64,000 nucleotides of DNA. Source: Bacillota bacterium (GTDB lineage: Bacteria; Bacillota; JAAYKD01). The position numbers and the translations under genes are program-made. Position 1 is the stretch's first letter. Each line of letters begins with the position of its first letter. Below the pieces are notes generated by a model. The model saw only the letters and a program-made list of their open reading frames with translations. It was not told where the DNA came from and made no database searches. Shown here in pieces: positions 15,001 to 24,000 of the stretch. Location: NCBI GenBank assembly GCA_963666425.2, contig OY762825.2, forward strand, positions 1,856,001 to 1,920,000, written 5' to 3'.

Positions 15001-18000
15001 GGAAAATACATTGAAGAGGCGGATTTTGACAACAACCGGCTCGACCAGGTGATCAATGGAACGCAGACTGATTTTGCTGATTTGGCTGTAGAAAACCTAC
15101 AAGTCAGTGCAATCAGTGGGGACACGGTGCAGTGGCATGCCGGAATAACCGTGCAGGCCAAGGTGAAGAACCTCGGCAGCGCAGCGGCGGGAGCATTTAA
15201 GATCGTCGCTTACGCTAACGATACACTGATCTATTCCGCATTGGTCGATGAGCTGGCGGTAAGCGGAGAAGAAAACATTAGTTTCCCGTGGCTGCCGGAA
15301 ACGAGTGGAGATTATCAGCTGCGTCTGTTGGCTGACGGACCGTTATCTACTGTTGTAGAAATGGTGGAAGACAATAACAGTCAAACACAGACGATCAAAA
15401 ACTTAAATGTCACCTATGCCGATTTGACGGTGCAGAATGTGCGCACCAGCCTCAGCGGCAGTATTGTGCCGCAGGGGACGAATGTCGTGCTCTTTGCCAA
15501 TATTCTCAATCAGGGTAGTGCCGCCAACCGGACCGCCAGCAAAGCCTACTTCTATGTCAATAACCGCTTTATTGGTGCGGCTGAGTTTGGCAAAACAGAG
15601 GCACTTGCTGCGGGTGCTTCCACCACAATCAGTTACATTTGGAAGAACCCCGACATCGCCGCTGAGGAAATCTTAGTCATCGTCGACCCGGAAAATAAGG
15701 TCTTGGAAAGCAATGAAGCCAATAACACGGGCAGCTATTACTTCAGTTCTCCTTTAACCGTGACAGCGGCGCAGCTGCATCTGGTGGATCTGGTGACCAA
15801 TACCACTGCCGTTCAGTATGGCGACAGCGTAACCACACTGGTCAAAGTCAAAAACAGCGGTGATCGGGCAATTACGACGCCGTTTGCCACCGCCCTTTAC
15901 GTCAACAATCGCAAAGTTGGTATGGTAACCACCGATGCGATCGGTATCGGCAGTCAGGTTGAGCTGTCCTTTACCTGGAAAGCAGACCAATTGCCGACCG
16001 GGAGTTATCTGCTGCGGGCCTATACCGACAGTGAAGCCAAGCTCAACCTGACCGACCGCAGCCAAACCTACAAGAGTGCAGTTCTGAGTGTCGGGCATAG
16101 CTTAGTGCTGACACCTGTGTCCAGTGCTGCAGCTTATTCCTTAGGAGAAGCCAGCCATGTCAGTTTAGGCGTTGCCTCTTCCGCCGCTTCCTGGTCGCCT
16201 CTCGGTGATGCTGCCGTCAGCGTACAGCTTTACAGTGTCAGTGAAGGTGCTGAGCCGGTATTGACCGCAGTCGGGGAGCCGATCAATCTGGTTTATGATC
16301 CGGCAGCCGGAACCTATCAAGGAGTGGTTACCTCACCCGCCGCGGCAGGTAGTTACCGCTTACGTTTTAATGCCGTAAAAGATCTGCTGACTGCCACAAC
16401 CGAAACTGATATTGTCTACACCAATGCGTTCCAAATTAGTTTGAGCAATGCAACTGAACAGAGTTATACAATTGGGCAGAGTATCACAGCTGCAGGCACA
16501 GTGACAGATGCGAATGGCGCTGCTATTCCGGATGCAGCCGTAACAATCAGCGTGATCGGTGAAGAAACCTGGCAATTCAGCGGCAGAACCGACGCGAATG
16601 GAACTTACTCGATTGCAGTGAACCTTCCAACAGACTGCGGCGGCGCTTATACGATGAAGGCATCTGCCAGCATCGCCGGCGTGAAAAAGCAAACCGCTTC
16701 GATTGTCTTCTTTATCGACGGACTCTATCTTGCCTTGAACAGTAAAGTAACCATTGTGCAAGGCTACGATCAGATGTTGGCAGGATTTGTCACGAATCTT
16801 GGTGTGACAGCAGCAGACAATATCAGTCTTGTTGTCAGCGGATTGCCAGCAGGATTAACTATCGAACCGCTTCTCACTTTAAACGCTACTAATATTGCCG
16901 CAGAAAGCAGCCAGGAAATTCAGCTGAAGCTGAGCGCTGCCGAAACGCTGGCGGCCGGGGTCTATGAGATCACCCTAACAGCAGGGAATGCCAGCCACGT
17001 TCTGACGGTGTCGGTAGTGGCAGCCGAAGCGAAGTACTCCATCAACATCATTGGTGAAGTGGAATCGGGCGGTGATGGCTTACGCAAAGAAGCGCTGACG
17101 ATGTCGCTGCGGCAGGGAGAAATGAAAACTTCTGTGATTCAGGTCACGAACAGCGGCACCGCCAATCTAACCGGACTGACGGTCGACTGCGATCTGCCTT
17201 TTGTGCGCTTCTCGGCTACACCGGTGGACGGCTATCTGATCAAACCGGTCAACAAAGGTTACACGATCCGTGACGCGGAAGGCCGCGCTTCCATCGTCGT
17301 AGCGGTTTCTCCTTCTAACTTTACACAAACCGGTCTCTATGAAGGCAGCATCACCCTAACATCGAATGCCGGTGTTCGAAAGATTCCCATCGTGATATCC
17401 GTTGGCAGTGAACAAGTGGCCAGCTTAACCTATGAAGTGCGCAACGACAGCAATACGCCGCTGCAAGATGCAACGGTAGAACTCAGCGGTGTAGTGCAGC
17501 AAAAAGATCCGGTCAATTTCAGCGGTAAAACCGATGTCGATGGACGCATTACGTTCAGCAATATCCCTGCAGGTGCCTATCAATTAACCGCGACAGCGGA
17601 TTTGCATTCGACCCTCTCGGCAGCAGTTGATCTCCCGGCGCTGAACGATCGGCTGCCGCAAATCATAACCTTAACAAAACAACCGATGGTCTTTGGCTTT
17701 GAAGCCGCTGCGGAGGACAGTATGCGCAGCAGTTCAACCAAGAGTGTTGGCTATGACAGCGTCGTTTACAAAGCGGAACAATTGGCTGCCAGCACAGAAC
17801 CTCAGCTGCAGCCCAATCTCCCCGCGGACGAACAACAATTCTGGTATATCTCCGGCAAGATTCTCAATCGACTCTCCATCCGCAATCCGGCCGCACCAAT
17901 CACATTAACTGATCTGTCAGCGAGCGATTCTAAGCTGAAAGATGTCACTTTAGAAGTGGTATCCACCAGTAAAAACCTGCCGCTCAATGCTTTCTTGCTG

Positions 18001-21000
18001 AAGGGTGAAAGTGGCTACACACCGGTTCGCTATATTGGAGATTTGGCAGCCGGTCAAGTCATTGATTTGATCTGGAGTCTGGATATTGACCGACTCTTTG
18101 TGATGGCCAAAGTGGCAGCAGTCGGCAGCACGGGCGAATTCCAACTCACTTTCGATGGAACGAAAGTCAGCCAAGCTATGGTGGACGCGTATGTCAAGGC
18201 CAATGATCCGCTGGGAGAAGGTTCACTGCAGTTGGTCGCCGGCAGTTATACGGCAGGTGGAAACAGCTTCAATGTGAAGGTCACTGCCGGTTCAGATCAA
18301 ACCTATCGCACACCGACGGACCGGATTCCTCTCTATTTTGGCAACCAAGTCTATCTCTTTGATGCTACCATTAAGGCAAGCGGAACCAGAAGCGATAACG
18401 GAGCTACCGTTGAAACCTTGATTCCTGTGCGTGTTCGTTACCTTGCGCCTGATTATGAAATTTGGGGTTCCGGCAAACAGAACGCCAATCAGGAGGACAG
18501 TGGCTCTCAAACCACGGCTACGGATGCTTATGATGAGAATCCCGGCTTGAAACAGGAGATTCAGTTGGAAGCCGCCTTCCCGTCTGTTAACGGTCAGACA
18601 GCAAAGGGTAATTATAGTCAGAATTTCCTGAAAGAAATGGGTTATGGACTGCCGGAAGTACCGGAAGAAGCGACGAAGAATGCTGATTTGGATTTCGGTT
18701 TCTCTTCGGGAGCCGGCTTTGCGGAACAGGTTGTGGGATTGAAACTGAACTTGACCAACACATCCTCGACCTCACCGATGACCGATTTGAGTATTCGTCT
18801 ATTGCTCACCGATAACAGTTACGATGCCGAAGGCAATTTAATCAAAGGCGGTTCTCCGGTGTATCCTGCTGTCAATCTGATAGCCTCTGCCACGGGCGAA
18901 AACGCACCGGTGGTGGATGGTTATGGCATCACCCTGAGTGAATTGAATCTGGGTGAGACCTTAAAGCTGAATTATCAATTGAAGCTGGATGAGGTGCAGG
19001 ACATCTACTCTGCTATAGCGGAATTTGATCCCTCCATTGCCAAATTACTGCAGAATAAATCTTCGGGTAAGATTTACGCCCGCTTCCTCTACGAATATAC
19101 GCAGGACGGTAAGCAGCAAAGCGTGATGAGCAGCGTGCGGGAATTTGAAGTCAAGGCGAAACCAAAAGTTTACATCAGCTATGATCTGGAAGCGTATCAA
19201 AGCGATCCGAATCGGTTTACGCTGACGGCCTATGTGACCAATTTGGGCGAAGGTGCCGCCGAAGGTGTTTATGTCAGCGCACCGATCATGCCGGAAACCG
19301 AATACAAGTTCGTTGTAACGAGTGGAAATTCAACCAAAGGAACCAATTTAGGAGATGGCAAAGTCCAGCTGGGGACGATCCAGCCGGGAGAAACCGAAAA
19401 AGTTTACTTCAACCTCATAAGAATTGAAGTGACTGCCGCTCAAAAAGGAACCAAGTTGTCCTTGGGCAAACTGGCCGAATTGCCGGCGATGCCGGTCAAG
19501 AGCGAGATTGCCGGTAATCTAATCGTAGCGCCGATGAAAATGGAAGCCATGAACACCCTCAGAGCGCACGAAAACTTCCTGTCTATGCAAACCGAGTTGG
19601 ACAACCTGCAAGTCAATTTAGAAAAAGTAGTCGATAAAACGGTATCCGAGCTGGCTCGTTCGATCCTGGATCAATACGATTATGCCAGAATCCTGACCGG
19701 CGCGGTTGGGATCACCAAGGTTTATGAAATGACCAGCGGTGTCGCCAACTTAATCGGTTGGATTAAGTCGATCGCTGAACTGCCGGCGAAATTGAAAGGT
19801 GCCTTCACTTCGGCAGACGATGAGCTGAAAGAAGTGCTCAACGGCAAAGTCTTAACACCGGATGAATACAAACTTTTCGCCGCCACGCAGCAAGCTTATC
19901 AGGGCTATGGCACAAAATTACTAAATCTTTATACATCGGGAATCAGCTGGTTCAACAATTGGATCGGCAACACGCTTGATGATTATATCAATACCGCGAA
20001 AGATGTCTGGAATACTTACTCCGATGCCAAGAAGGGCAAAGCCGGCGTGGAAGCGATGGCGGATTATGAAGTCAAAGCCAATCAGGCGCTGGATACCCTA
20101 GGTAAAGCGGCCAAATTCATTTCGGATGCGGTCAATACGAAGAGCAAGAGCGAACGCACCTCCCTGACGACGCAAGGCAAGGCGGCTTTGGAAGCAGCTC
20201 AAAGCTTAATTCAGGCAGCCAGCGAGATTAAGACGAAGAATATGGCGGTTTTTGAATCGATCGCCAGCGGTTCCACCAATGGTTGGATCGGCGGAGAAGT
20301 CGATCGCTATTATCTCTCGGCAGCCAATGCTTATGTCAACGAAGTTGAATTTGCCGTGCAGGAAACCCTAAAAATCATTGCGGCGCAGATGCAGGCGATC
20401 GTTGCGGTCAATGCGTTCGAAGATGCAGCCGAGGGAATGAAAGCTTCAGCGGAAAATATGACCAAGGTCACGAAGGAAGCGCAGCAGGTGCTGGATGCAA
20501 CCAACAACATGCTGAACAATGTCGGTTATCAGCCGAACCAGTCGGTGATGGATCAGGTCAAGAACTTCCGCAGCTCCAGCACCGTCGTTGATTTTGCCAA
20601 GAGCTGGCTGACCAGTAAACTGACGATTGTGGACATGGCGGCGCTGCAGAATATTTCCAAGACTACACCGACGCTGGTCAAAAACCTGGGCAATCTGGCC
20701 ATTGCAGTCAAGACTGCCCCTGAGGAGGGATTCAGTAACGCGGAAGTAGCAGATTTGATTTTCGAATGCATCTTCCCCAATTCCACTGAGGTTGCCAAGG
20801 AAAAATACGCCTACTTCTATGATGAATTTGACGCATATGCTCCGGCCGGCGGCTCCAAAACGGCAGAATATTCTATCTATACGCTAACCCAGGCGATTAA
20901 GTTGAGCAGCACGAATGTCATCGATTTGGATGCTTATGAGAAAGCAATCAACCAATTGGCTACCAGTAAGACAACAAACAGCCAAGCGGTAATGAATGCT

Positions 21001-24000
21001 GCGGTATCATCGGCAACCCGTAAGAGCAATGTCTTTAACATGCTGGAGCAAACACGGGCTGATCTTGCGCTGATAGGGGAGATGATTCAAGGCTATCTTG
21101 ACAATGACCTTACCGCAACAGCCTACTATCCTTCCGGTCAAGTCCTGGATTACCTGAAATCCCTGAATACGCAGTTAAAGTCGATGTATGCGAACCCCAA
21201 CGGCAGCCCTATCCCGATTACGCGGGTCGGGCGCTACCGCAACCTCTGGGTTTATACTGCCGATGGCATGGATCTGGTGCCGGATCAGATCACGCTCTTT
21301 GAAGTTTATCAGCTGCAGCAGGAAGTCGACGCTTCCATTGCGGAAGGATTCGATGCCATTTATCAGCGTCACATTGTGAACATGATGAAAGATATTGAGA
21401 CGAGGTTAACCTTGGCCAGCACAGCCTTTGCCTTTATGGGCAGTGTTTCGGGTGCCTCCGGTTCCCTTTCCGCCATCGCAGCCACGGCCGCTCAGATGAT
21501 CAATACTTCTTCCTACGTCACAGCGCTGGATTCGCTCGATGCGACCATCCTAACCAAACTCTCCAAACAAATCGGCGAATTGGCTGTTAACACAACTCTG
21601 ATGGTCAATAAAGAAACATCCATTGCTTCAAATTTACTGGATGTTTTCAATACGCTGGAGAACTGGCGTAAAGTCGATCCGGAATTACCGTTGACCGTCC
21701 TGTCACAGCAAGCCACGGATGTGGCGCTGCAGGAGGGTTACACCGAAGGTCAAACCACTGTCGCAATTTCCATCCGCAACGAGCATACCGGTTCGGTAAC
21801 CATCGCTCCCACTGTGGAAATTTACGATAGCTATGGCTTGGTGAATTCCGTTACTTTGGCCAGCCAAACGCTGCTGCCGGGTCAGACCGGTCAATTCAGC
21901 GGTTTGGTTGCAGTGCCGCACAATGCTTTAAGAGATGCCGGCGGCTACATTGCGGTCTTTACCTTCGAAGCTTCTGAAGCTGAGACCATGACCATTTCCC
22001 CGACTTACGGGCCTTACACGGCTGCCTTCAATGCCCACAGGGCGGCAGCTTTAGCCCAGATGAAGAGTGAGACGGCAGATGCCGTGCAAACCTCACAACC
22101 GCTGGGTGGTTATCTGGCTGGCAAAATTGAGGCGGTTATGAACGGTCAAGTGGTGGAAGTCGCTGAGGTCGTGGACAGTCAAACAGTCACGATCAGTAAA
22201 TCAGCCGGCACGATCCTGCGTATTTTCTGCGCCGCTATCAGCGGCAGCGGGGTCAGCCTGAGCGTCAGCGACAGCCAAGGGCAGCCTGTGAGTGCTTTTG
22301 CCGATCTGATCAATCCAGCGGATTTCGTTTTAATCAGCGATCCGGCAGCCGGAATTTATACGGTGACGGTGAGCAACGGTGCGGCAAGCGAACAGGGCTT
22401 TGCGCTGCAGGTGGTGGAACATCCGAATTACGGCACGGTTGCCGGTATCTATACGCAGTATACCAACGTTCAGGCAGCACAAAACTCAAGCGGCGAATGG
22501 CAGGCAACCATTCCGATCAACCTATATGAAACCGGTTTGCTGCATGATCTGACTGGAATTACCTTCACGGTCAGCGAATTAAGCCTTCAGAGCGATGCGG
22601 CGATAAAAATCGTCGGCAGCGAGATGACGATTCAGAATGCGAAAAATGAAGTGCAGAGTCAGCCGTTTACCATTCCGGCCGGGACTGGCAAACAGCTCGC
22701 ATTGGTGATCAAACCGAACCCGGACCATGCCGACGGCATCTATACCGGCAGCTTAAGTATTCATTTGACGGCGGAAGCGTTTAATACCGGTTATTCAACA
22801 CACAGTGGCTGGACTGCAAACGGGGATGGAAGTGATACTTTAATCATTCCGCTTGCTTTGAAACTGGATACCGCTGTGCCGAATGCGCCCAGCTTTACGG
22901 CAGAAGTGAATGCCGCTGCCGCCAACACCGTTACGATCAGCGGCACGGCAATTCCGGGAGAAAGAATCTATATTTATACAACAGAACCGGGCAGTGAGCT
23001 GGTAGATGCAGCCGATCAGGTTTATGCTGTGCTCACGGCGGATGCCAATGGCAGCTATACCATGGATTTGGTCTTGGAAATGACGGAAGAATTCTTATCA
23101 GCAACCAGCGGCAGCCTGACCCTGTATGCCAAAGCGGCAGCAGTCAACGGCGTGCTGAGCGAGGCCAGTGCAGCGGTAAGCGTCAACATCGATTATTATG
23201 ATACCACCGCCCCGCAGATCACCCTATTATCCCCCTATGCCGGTGTGGAACTAAGCAACCCGGTCAGCCAAATTCGCTTTGAAGTTTTCGATGGTGAAAG
23301 CGCAGTCGTTGAGGAAAGCATTCAAGTGGATGTCAATGGCAGCGGTATGAACGCTGCCTGGAACCGCACGGAGAAACTCTACGAAGTGAATCTGGCGACA
23401 CCGCTGACCGGCGGCACCAATAATCTGCGCATCAGCGCGGAGAATGAAGTAGGTTTGCTCGCAACGGAGACGTATGATGTAATCCTTGGCGATGTCATTA
23501 CGGCTGTGTTCACAGTAATGGAAGCTTCCACGCCGATCGCAGGAGCTACCGTGAGCATTAACGGAGTAGATTTGACAACCGATCTCAACGGAACCGTTTC
23601 CACCGAGCTTGCGGCAGGAAATTATACGTATACAGTCAGCAAGACCGGTTATCTCAGCGTGAATGATTCGAAAAATATTCAGGCGGATGACCGCAGCATC
23701 ACAGTTCTCTTACAGAAATCTGCTAACATTACCTATACCATCAGCAGTGCTGCGAATGCCGTAGCCAATGCCAAAGTGGAAATCAAAACCAAAGCGGCAG
23801 TGTTGGTGACCTCGGGTTATACCAACGCCGCCGGTCAACTGACACTGCAGCTGCCGCTGGCAACCTATGACTGCACCATCAGCAAGGTGGGCTACCTCAG
23901 TCAAACCGCCGAAATTGCAGTGACCCAGGATGCCGCAAAGGCAGTCAGTTTGGCGAATGATACGACGGCCAACTTCCTGGTGACCATCAAGCTGCAAAAT

